Virus record (IMG/VR): IMGVR_UViG_3300032138_000942
Coordinates: 59,129 to 123,128 of that record
From: a virus
Taxonomy: Duplodnaviria > Caudoviricetes
DNA: 64,000 nucleotides
Direction: 5' to 3' (one strand)
The translations under genes and the position numbers were made by a program. Under the pieces are notes generated by a model. The model searched no databases and was not told where the DNA came from. It was given only the letters and a program-made list of their open reading frames with translations. Of the stretch, positions 56,913 to 64,000 are shown piece after piece (position 1 is the stretch's first letter; each line of letters begins with the position of its first letter).

Positions 56913-57191
56913 ATGATACGATCTTTGCTGACGATTACAGCGCTTTTATTGGGGGGATGTTTAGTGGACACCACCTTTCCTGGTTCAGCAGGACCCCCAA
57001 CGCCCGAGCCAATTTGTGGAAATGAGATGGACCTGTATTGGTCTAAGGGCAGCCCTACTTACTGTTATCCCGACACCTGTTGTGTTTGGGAATATCTAGA
57101 TTATTCAGGCTGGATGTGTGAAGAGACATGGTGTCTTTATGAAGATCCTTATGGTTGTTGGTGGGAGAACACCGACATTCAGTGCTGGTAG
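56913..57191 (+). CDS. Cys/Trp-rich lipoprotein
   Basis: Lipobox 'LLLGG|C', Pro linker, 8 further Cys, 6 Trp; AAGGAG RBS. Confidence 0.7.
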   Translation: MIRSLLTITALLLGGCLVDTTFPGSAGPPTPEPICGNEMDLYWSKGSPTYCYPDTCCVWEYLDYSGWMCEETWCLYEDPYGCWWENTDIQCW

Positions 57192-57193
57192 AC

Positions 57194-58573
57194 ATGGAAC
57201 TGAATAACGCCAGTTTTGCAAAATTTGGAAAAAACTTCCAAGAGAAATTATGTGAGTTAATTCTTAAAGACAGGACTTTCTGTGATCAGATCATGGAAGT
57301 GTTGGACATTAATTTTCTGGAGCTTCGACATCTTCGGGTCTTTGTCAAGAAGATTCTAGAATACAAAGTTCAATATAAGATACACCCATCCAGCGATGCT
57401 ATGATCTCTATTCTCCGAGCAGAGCTTGACGATGAAGACGGGGCGACACAAAAGACAACCAGGGATTTCTTTGTTCGGGTGATGAGTTCGGACGAGAACC
57501 CCGCCGATGAGGATTACATTAAACACACGGCTCTTGACTTCTGTCGAAAACAAAAACTCAAAGAGGCAATGATTAAAAGCGCCAAGTTGATTCAGAACGC
57601 TTCTTTTGATGAGATCTCAAAGATAGTCAACGACGCTCTTAAGCTGGGCTCCGACAATAATTTTGGTTATGATTACATCGAGGACTTTGAGGAGAGATTT
57701 AAGCTAAAAACTAGAAATCCCATTACGACTGGCTGGGAATATATTGATGAGATATGTCGAGGAGGACTGGGGAAAAGCGAGTTGGGAGTTGTTATCGCCC
57801 CCACCGGCTCAGGAAAATCAATGGCGCTGGTTCATTTAGGAGTCCAGGCTTTACTTCAGGGCCGAACTGTGATACACTATACCTTGGAGCTAGCGAGCAC
57901 AACAATAGCCACCCGGTATGACAGTTGTATCACCAAAATTCCGCTTTCAGAGATCACTAAGTTCAAGGAGGACGTCTATGAAAACATTCGAGACATTGAG
58001 GGAAAATTGATCATCAAAGACTACCCCACGAAATCAGCGAGTCCCAACACAATTCGAACTCATTTAGAAAAATTATATCAAAGAGATATAAAACCTTCAA
58101 TGATTATCGTGGATTACGGTGATTTGCTCAAACCATCCGTCGCCACCAAAGAGAAACGACACGACTTGGAGACTATTTATGAGGATCTCCGAGCAATTGC
58201 CCAGGAGTATGGGTGTCCCGTGTGGACAGCCTCCCAAACTAATAGGTCTGGATTGAACGCTGAAGTTGTAACAATGGAATCGATTTCCGAGGCATTTAAT
58301 AAATGTTTTGTGGCAGACTTTATCTTCACAATCTCCAGAACCATCGAAGACAAACGAACAGATTCGGGAAGAATTTTTGTGGCCAAGAATCGAAATGGCC
58401 CTGATGGGATAGTATATCCGATCACGATGAGAACCAGCAATGTCCACATCGATGTCCATCGACATCTAGATGAGATGCCCGAGGCTGGTGTGCCGATGTC
58501 GGCAAAAGATTATAAACAAGAGTTATCGGAGAAATATAAAAAATACACAACAAAAGGAGCAAAAAATGGCTGA
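57194..58573 (+). CDS. dnaB: Replicative DNA helicase (DnaB/T4 gp41-like)
   Basis: Walker A 'APTGSGKS', 'YTLEL', 'IIVDYGDLL', 'TASQTNR', 'KNRNG'. Confidence 0.92.
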   Translation: MELNNASFAKFGKNFQEKLCELILKDRTFCDQIMEVLDINFLELRHLRVFVKKILEYKVQYKIHPSSDAMISILRAELDDEDGATQKTTRDFFVRVMSSDENPADEDYIKHTALDFCRKQKLKEAMIKSAKLIQNASFDEISKIVNDALKLGSDNNFGYDYIEDFEERFKLKTRNPITTGWEYIDEICRGGLGKSELGVVIAPTGSGKSMALVHLGVQALLQGRTVIHYTLELASTTIATRYDSCITKIPLSEITKFKEDVYENIRDIEGKLIIKDYPTKSASPNTIRTHLEKLYQRDIKPSMIIVDYGDLLKPSVATKEKRHDLETIYEDLRAIAQEYGCPVWTASQTNRSGLNAEVVTMESISEAFNKCFVADFIFTISRTIEDKRTDSGRIFVAKNRNGPDGIVYPITMRTSNVHIDVHRHLDEMPEAGVPMSAKDYKQELSEKYKKYTTKGAKNG

Positions 58574-60998
58574 CAACAAGAAAATTGAAAAAGAAACACT
58601 AGATTATTTTGGAGGAGACGAACTCGCTGCAAACGTTTGGATTACGAAATACGCCCTTAAAAGCAAGAAGGGGAAGCTCCTGGAGAGCACTCCCGATGAT
58701 ATGCACCACCGTCTTGCTTCGGAATTCGCTCGAATAGAACAGAAGTTCGACGGCCCTAGAGCACTCTCGGAAGAATCCATATACGAAGTCCTCAAGGGCT
58801 TTAAATACATTGTCCCCCAGGGGTCACCGATGATGGGCATTGGAAACAACGAAGTTAATCTTTCTTTGTCGAACTGTGTCGTTGTCGATTCCCCTCAAGA
58901 TAATATCTCTTCCATTATGAACAGCGGGAAAGAGTTAGCCAACCTCTTTAAACGACGGTGTGGCGTCGGCCTGGACATTTCAGAGTTACGGCCAGAGGGA
59001 GCTTTCGTTAATAATTCAGCCGGAACAACCACCGGGGCCTGGTCCTTTGCTGACTTTTATTCTTATGTGTGTCGAATGATCGGGCAGAATGGACGTCGAG
59101 GAGCCTTAATGATCACCATGGATGTTCGACACCCCGACATCCAGAAGTTTGTGACCATGAAGCATGACTTGGCCAAGGTGACCGGAGCCAATGTATCGGT
59201 AAAAATTAGCGACAGTTTTATGGAAGCGGTGGAAGCAAAAGAAAAGTTCACCCTTCAGTTTCCAGTTGATGCTGACTCGCCCACTTACACGGAGGAAATC
59301 GAAGCCGAGGAACTCTGGAGTCAGATTGTTGAGTCGGCCACAGAAACGGCGGAACCAGGACTGATGATGTGGGACAACATTATCAACAACCTCCCAGCAC
59401 ACAATTATGCTGATGTTGGTTTTAAGACAATCACCACTAATCCTTGTGGCGAGATCCCCCTTTCAGCTTATGACAGTTGCCGGCTGATATCGATTAACTT
59501 GAAGAACTTTGTGAAAAACAAGTTCACTCCAGAGGCCGAGTTCGATTTTGAACACTTTACAAACATTGCTAGTGTCGCCATGAGACTATCTGATGATTTG
59601 GTGGAGCTTGAAGTTGAGAAGCTGGAGAACATTATAAACGTCTGTGACACCCCAGGCGAGAAAGAGATGTGGACAAACCTTTTAAACGCCTGTCGGAACG
59701 GTCGAAGGACTGGTCTTGGAACTCACGGTCTGGCTGACGCTCTTGCTTGCTTAGGGGCGAAATATGACAGCGAAGAGGCCGAACAGGTGGTCGATAAGAT
59801 CTACTCCACCCTTCGAAACTCAGCGTATACTGAGAGCGTTAACCTCGCCAAAGAACGGGGAGCTTTCCTTGCTTTTGACTGGGAAAAAGAAAAGAATAAC
59901 GCCTTCATCAAAAGATTGCCGACAACAATTAAAAAACTGATCAAAGAGTATGGAAGAAGAAACATATCTATTCTCACCAACGCGCCAACCGGAAGTGTTT
60001 CCATCTTGTCTCAAACTAGTTCAGGCCTGGAGCCAGTCTTCCGAAACAGTTATAAGAGAAGAAGAAAATTATCTCACAATGAGACGAACGTTGAACCCGA
60101 TTTTGTGGACGACCTGGGGGATAAGTGGCTAGAGTATAACGTTTTCCATCACAATGTTCAAGAGTGGAAAGATACTCATCTGGGGGCCACGACGGTCCCC
60201 GACTTTTTCGTCACTAGTGATCAGATTGACTGGACTCGAAGAGTGGCAATTCAAGCAGCTATTCAGCAGAACATTGACCACTCCATTAGCTCCACTATTA
60301 ACCTTCCTAAAGGCACTCCGTCTTCGGTGGTGTCAGATCTTTATAGACTTGGCTGGAAGAGGGGCCTCAAAGGAATTACGGTTTATGTGGACGGCTCCCG
60401 ATCAGGTGTGTTAGTGTCAAATGAAACAAGCACCACGACCGAAAAATTTCCCCAAAATGGAGCCCCTGGCCGTCCAGGAGACTTGGAGTGTGATATCCAC
60501 CACACAACCATTAAAGGAGAAAGGTGGACAATTCTTGTGGGAATTTATGAAGATAAACCGTATGAAGTTATGGGAGGATTATCCAACCTGATCGAGATTC
60601 CCAAGAGATACACACAGGGAAAGCTTAGAAAGCAAGCTTTTAAAACCAAAGAAAATCGTTATGACCTTACGTTCGGAGAAAACGGCGACGAGGTTGTGGT
60701 GAAAGATGTTGTTAAAGTTTTCGACAACCCCAACAATTCGGCCTTCACTCGAATGATTTCTCTCGGCCTCCGTCATGGAGCTAGACCATCTTTCTTGGTG
60801 GAACAACTTCAAAAAGATAAAGACAGTGACATGTTTAGTTTTGCTCGGTGTGTGGGAAGAATCCTCAAAAATTATATTAAGAACGGAGAGCGAGCCCACT
60901 CCGACAAGGCATGCCCAAGTTGTGACGCCGACCATGGCCTCATTTATCAAGATGGCTGTGTGATCTGCACCAAGTGTGGCTATTCAAAGTGTGGATAA
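58566..60998 (+). CDS. nrdJ: Class II (adenosylcobalamin-dependent) ribonucleotide reductase with C-terminal Zn ribbon
   Basis: 'SNC', 'TNPCGEIPL', 'RRTGLG', 'APTGS', 'SSGLEP', 'ISSTINLP', 'KGITVY', C-terminal CPSC..CTKCGYSKC; no adjacent beta subunit. Confidence 0.88.
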   Translation: MADNKKIEKETLDYFGGDELAANVWITKYALKSKKGKLLESTPDDMHHRLASEFARIEQKFDGPRALSEESIYEVLKGFKYIVPQGSPMMGIGNNEVNLSLSNCVVVDSPQDNISSIMNSGKELANLFKRRCGVGLDISELRPEGAFVNNSAGTTTGAWSFADFYSYVCRMIGQNGRRGALMITMDVRHPDIQKFVTMKHDLAKVTGANVSVKISDSFMEAVEAKEKFTLQFPVDADSPTYTEEIEAEELWSQIVESATETAEPGLMMWDNIINNLPAHNYADVGFKTITTNPCGEIPLSAYDSCRLISINLKNFVKNKFTPEAEFDFEHFTNIASVAMRLSDDLVELEVEKLENIINVCDTPGEKEMWTNLLNACRNGRRTGLGTHGLADALACLGAKYDSEEAEQVVDKIYSTLRNSAYTESVNLAKERGAFLAFDWEKEKNNAFIKRLPTTIKKLIKEYGRRNISILTNAPTGSVSILSQTSSGLEPVFRNSYKRRRKLSHNETNVEPDFVDDLGDKWLEYNVFHHNVQEWKDTHLGATTVPDFFVTSDQIDWTRRVAIQAAIQQNIDHSISSTINLPKGTPSSVVSDLYRLGWKRGLKGITVYVDGSRSGVLVSNETSTTTEKFPQNGAPGRPGDLECDIHHTTIKGERWTILVGIYEDKPYEVMGGLSNLIEIPKRYTQGKLRKQAFKTKENRYDLTFGENGDEVVVKDVVKVFDNPNNSAFTRMISLGLRHGARPSFLVEQLQKDKDSDMFSFARCVGRILKNYIKNGERAHSDKACPSCDADHGLIYQDGCVICTKCGYSKCG

Positions 60999-61057
60999 AA
61001 AACTTAACAGAAGCCGATAAAAGAGCTAATATATCTAAACATCAAAAAGGAGTTATT

Positions 61058-61339
61058 ATGAAATTTAGTCCCCGGAACCGCCACTTGTTGGTGGAGAAAA
61101 TAGAAAAACCAGAGAAAGAAGATAAGCCATCTATCTTGCTTCCCGACGATTACAAGCCAATTGTCGAGGAGCATTCATATGTAAGAATAAGAGATATCTC
61201 CCCAGACTGTTCGGTCAATGTTTCCCGAGGAGATGTGGCCCTCGTCGAGACCCACATGCTCAATAAAATTGAAGTTCATGAAGAAACAAACTTTCTGATT
61301 TTAGAAAATTATGTGCTGGGGATATTAACGAGCCGATAA
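61058..61339 (+). CDS. GroES/Cpn10-like co-chaperonin
   Basis: 'FSPRNRHLLVE', mobile loop 'SILLPDD', 'GDVAL', 'ILENYVLGIL'; AAGGAG RBS. Confidence 0.65.
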   Translation: MKFSPRNRHLLVEKIEKPEKEDKPSILLPDDYKPIVEEHSYVRIRDISPDCSVNVSRGDVALVETHMLNKIEVHEETNFLILENYVLGILTSR

Positions 61340-61340
61340 T

Positions 61341-61865
61341 ATGACACTGCCAGAACTTATATGTGCCGCTGTGGTCTCGTTGGGAATGCCCAATGCTGAT
61401 ATGGCGTGTGAACACATGGAACTTCTAGTGGATGTGGCTGAACAAGAGTCTGTAGATCCCCTTGTTTTAACCGCCCTCATCCATGTTGAAAGTCGTTGGA
61501 CCCCAGGCGCCCGTAGTCGATCAAACGCCTGTGGTTTAACACAGGTGCTGCCCAAATATTCAGGAGGTTTTCGTGGAAGGTTCGGAAAAAAGTTGACCTG
61601 TAAACAGCTGTTCAACCCCGAAACCAGCATCCGTCGAGGGACAGCCATACTGGCATACTACGTTAAAAAATACCGCCGAAATTACCGAAGGAGTTTATGT
61701 TCTTATAACGCCGGCCCCTCACGTTGTCGCCCAGGAAGGGCAAAACATAAGGGTCATCGATATGCCTCGAGGGTTATGAAATTATCACGAAGACTCCACC
61801 GAGAAATAAAAATTGTAGAACGAGAGTGGAAAGAATCAGAGTACGTTCCAGGGTGTTATGAGTAA
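61341..61865 (+). CDS. Lytic transglycosylase (SLT domain)
   Basis: Catalytic 'ALIHVESRW', 'ACGLTQV', 'LFNPETSI', 'SYNAG'; N-terminal hydrophobic segment. Confidence 0.85.
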   Translation: MTLPELICAAVVSLGMPNADMACEHMELLVDVAEQESVDPLVLTALIHVESRWTPGARSRSNACGLTQVLPKYSGGFRGRFGKKLTCKQLFNPETSIRRGTAILAYYVKKYRRNYRRSLCSYNAGPSRCRPGRAKHKGHRYASRVMKLSRRLHREIKIVEREWKESEYVPGCYE

Positions 61866-62742
61866 GACCCCCACCCACCATAAAGAGATCGTAGTCGGGT
61901 CCAGCCTTTCAGCGGTCATGTATTCTTTTTTTAATTCAATCCCAATGATCTTTAAGAAAACTCGTAAGCCGGAATTATTTGAAGTATTTGATTCTCGATA
62001 CAATCTCAAATACACCGACAAACTAGAGGGCCTCTTTGATTTTAATAAAACCCAACAGGAGATATGGACTAGAATTGTATTTTCTCTTCAGGGGGCTGGA
62101 TTAGTTATTAGCAATGAATACACATTAAGTCTTCGAGTCGACACAAAAAACAAAGAGCTAAAGGTGGTTACTTATAAGGCAGGTCTTATTACGTTCACTT
62201 ATGACAAACTAACTGTTTTTGAGGACGAAGACTTACAGGGCCTCCCGGTCCCTATCCAACGTCTGGAAGATTTTTATGTAGTTGATTGGTTCCGAGTGAG
62301 ATCTTGTGGACCCCATTCAGTTCCGAATATTAAGGGGACGGACAAGTTTATTAACGAGATTCACTTTCTCTCCCTTACAAGCACCGGTCGACCAAACTCA
62401 TTGGCAGCCATCTCTTATCTTACGTTGTCCCAAATGATGTCGTTTGATTTTTCGGACACCATGGCCAAATTTAAAATACAGGAGATGATGAAGAAGAGTG
62501 GAATCCAGGGACCAAAAAATGGGAAAGACCCCTCTAATCCCGAGCAGTGGAGATACGGCCCCATTAAGTTAGAATCAGCTTATCGGAAGATGTGGAGAAG
62601 GGATATGCATTTATATCCTGCTGTGGAGGGAGTGGAATTTTATAATGTGGACGCTCTCGGGGTTATTATGAACAATAAGGTTGACAAAGAATCTTATCAA
62701 TATAAACTCTTTAAGATGATAGATGGAACTGGGAGAAAATAA
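61858..62742 (+). CDS. Hypothetical protein (degenerate Rossmann-like N-terminus)
   Basis: 294 aa; 'EIVVGSSLSA' resembles a degenerate dinucleotide-binding loop. Confidence 0.55.
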   Translation: MSKTPTHHKEIVVGSSLSAVMYSFFNSIPMIFKKTRKPELFEVFDSRYNLKYTDKLEGLFDFNKTQQEIWTRIVFSLQGAGLVISNEYTLSLRVDTKNKELKVVTYKAGLITFTYDKLTVFEDEDLQGLPVPIQRLEDFYVVDWFRVRSCGPHSVPNIKGTDKFINEIHFLSLTSTGRPNSLAAISYLTLSQMMSFDFSDTMAKFKIQEMMKKSGIQGPKNGKDPSNPEQWRYGPIKLESAYRKMWRRDMHLYPAVEGVEFYNVDALGVIMNNKVDKESYQYKLFKMIDGTGRK

Positions 62743-63568
62743 TAAAAACTCTTTCCACTTGGCCGGAATAGTTCCCATTGCCGGTCAGCCCATGGATTTT
62801 AATTTTCCATGGAATGATTGCCTCATGCCCATTGGGAAAGATTATCTGGCAGTGGAACGAAGTATCTTAGAATGTGCTTATGCTGGCTGTGAAACTATAT
62901 GGGTGGTGTGTAATGAAGATACTCAGCCCTTGGTGAAAAGCCGAGTGGGAGATTATATTTTGGATCCGGTTTTTGCCACGAGCAGTTATAAAAAACACCC
63001 TAAAGATTTTCAGAAACAAATTCCCATATTTTATGTTTCAATTCACCCGAAGGATCGATTCAAAAGAGATTCTATCGCTTGGAGTGTTCTTCATGGAGCC
63101 AATTCGGCTTACTTCGTAAGCAAGAAAGTTAGTCGCTGGGTGGTGCCCGATAAGTATTACGTGTCCTTCCCGTGGGGAGTTTATCCCCCCGACATTTTGA
63201 GAGAACATCGAAAAGTTATCTCTAATGATGACAAAGTTTTTCTCTCCTTTGGGGGAGAAGATATCACGAATGGTCACTATATGGGATTTACTTTTGATGC
63301 TGATGATTTTTTTATGCTTCGGGATAACTTTAAAGAGAAATATAAAACCACAGGCAAGGGCGTCCAAAAGATAAGATTAAATGAACTGTTTTGTTTTTTA
63401 GAGTTAGAGGGCCGAAAAAAAATACTTTGCCCATGGTATCATTCCATAGATAATTGGGGAGATTACTCTAATTACATTGGATCGACCGACGCCAAAAGTC
63501 TTTCCCCTATTTCTTCTTTTATTTTGAAGAGAAAGGAATTAAACAAAATGGCAACGGAGGATAACTAA
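62723..63568 (+). CDS. Sugar-phosphate nucleotidyltransferase-like protein
   Basis: 'LAGIVPIAG...CLMPIG..YLAVERSILECAYAGCETIWVV' follows the NTP_transferase N-terminal pattern, but the GxGxR and K motifs are degenerate. Confidence 0.55.
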   Translation: MELGENNKNSFHLAGIVPIAGQPMDFNFPWNDCLMPIGKDYLAVERSILECAYAGCETIWVVCNEDTQPLVKSRVGDYILDPVFATSSYKKHPKDFQKQIPIFYVSIHPKDRFKRDSIAWSVLHGANSAYFVSKKVSRWVVPDKYYVSFPWGVYPPDILREHRKVISNDDKVFLSFGGEDITNGHYMGFTFDADDFFMLRDNFKEKYKTTGKGVQKIRLNELFCFLELEGRKKILCPWYHSIDNWGDYSNYIGSTDAKSLSPISSFILKRKELNKMATEDN

Positions 63569-64000
63569 TGGCAGGATCAAGATATGGAAGCGGAGCCGAA
63601 ATATCCGGATCCTTAGCAGTCACCGGCTCTGCCACCTTTAACGAAGATAGTAAAGACGTGGACTTCCGTATTGAATCGGACGGTCAAACCCACATGCTTT
63701 TTGTGGACTCGGGCAACAACCGGGTCGGCATTGCAACAGATTCTCCGGCTTATACAATGCACGTTGCTGGAGACATTGGTGTTGATCAATACATTTATCA
63801 TAATGGAGATACCGACACGCTCGTTAGTCTCACTGATGATAAAATAGTTTTTAAAGCAGGTAATCTAGCATTAGTTACTCTTGAGAAAAAAGGCTCTGCT
63901 CCTCATGAAGTTACTATTAATGATGGAGCCAACAATGTCGACTTTGTTGTTAAGGGTAACGGCTCCAATGCAGGAAACCCCGGAATGAACTTTGATGCAT
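63568..64000 (+). CDS. Partial fibre-like virion protein (3'-truncated), not in the ORF track
   Basis: TAATG overlap, GGAGG RBS; MAGSRYGSGAEISGSLAVTGSATFNEDSKDVDFRIES...LFVDSGNNRVGIATDSPAYTMHVAGDI..., open to the window end. Confidence 0.7.
   Translation, partial: MAGSRYGSGAEISGSLAVTGSATFNEDSKDVDFRIESDGQTHMLFVDSGNNRVGIATDSPAYTMHVAGDIGVDQYIYHNGDTDTLVSLTDDKIVFKAGNLALVTLEKKGSAPHEVTINDGANNVDFVVKGNGSNAGNPGMNFDA

Noticed and set aside
19422-60998. Inteins or group I introns in terminase, helicase, RecA, polymerase or RNR
   Set aside because: Protein lengths and motif spacing are normal, with no intein C...HN signatures or interrupted frames; the HNH gene is free-standing.
1-64000. The many minus-strand and nested ORFs of 60-200 aa in the ORF track
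   Set aside because: They lie antisense to or inside well-supported + strand genes, lack RBS and recognisable motifs, and are expected shadows of codon bias.
1-64000. Alternative genetic code (stop-codon reassignment), as seen in some large phages
   Set aside because: Core genes are full length in the standard code, and TAA, TAG and TGA all occur as stops at sensible gene ends; no suppressor tRNA seen.

Overview
This is a 64-kb segment of a large, T4-like contractile-tailed (myovirus) phage genome, most likely an uncultured jumbo/huge phage. Essentially all real genes are on the + strand, tightly packed, in the standard genetic code, with Shine-Dalgarno RBSs. Order: baseplate/fibre-type virion genes (1-5.3 kb); RuvC-like resolvase, primase and a fused Mre11-Rad50 (gp47-gp46) nuclease; a probable lysis trio; two paralogous fibre proteins with C-terminal S74 chaperone domains; the head module (terminase, portal, gp21 protease, ribosomal protein bS21, scaffold, gp23 capsid); the neck/tail module (gp13/14/15, sheath, tube, chaperone pair with a probable programmed frameshift, tape measure, baseplate); then a replication/metabolism block (minimal PolA domain, MazG-like pyrophosphatase, tubulin/FtsZ-like protein, gp32-like SSB, FKBP PPIase, RecA/UvsX, HNH, fatty-acid hydroxylase, 5'-3' exonuclease, tRNA-Ile(UAU), DnaB, class II RNR, GroES-like, lytic transglycosylase, nucleotidyltransferase-like). 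Most notable: (i) a family of unrelated, apparently late-expressed proteins shares short N- or C-terminal peptides with each other and with the scaffold protein, suggesting a capsid cargo-loading system; (ii) a recurrent ACTANTTA late-promoter motif, plus sigma70-type promoters hidden inside coding sequence at module boundaries; (iii) a switch-like 5' leader with an anti-Shine-Dalgarno on the large fibre gene; (iv) enrichment of [ST]-G-S tripeptides in virion proteins, a possible modification sequon. All product calls come from motif recognition and synteny; no database searches were run.
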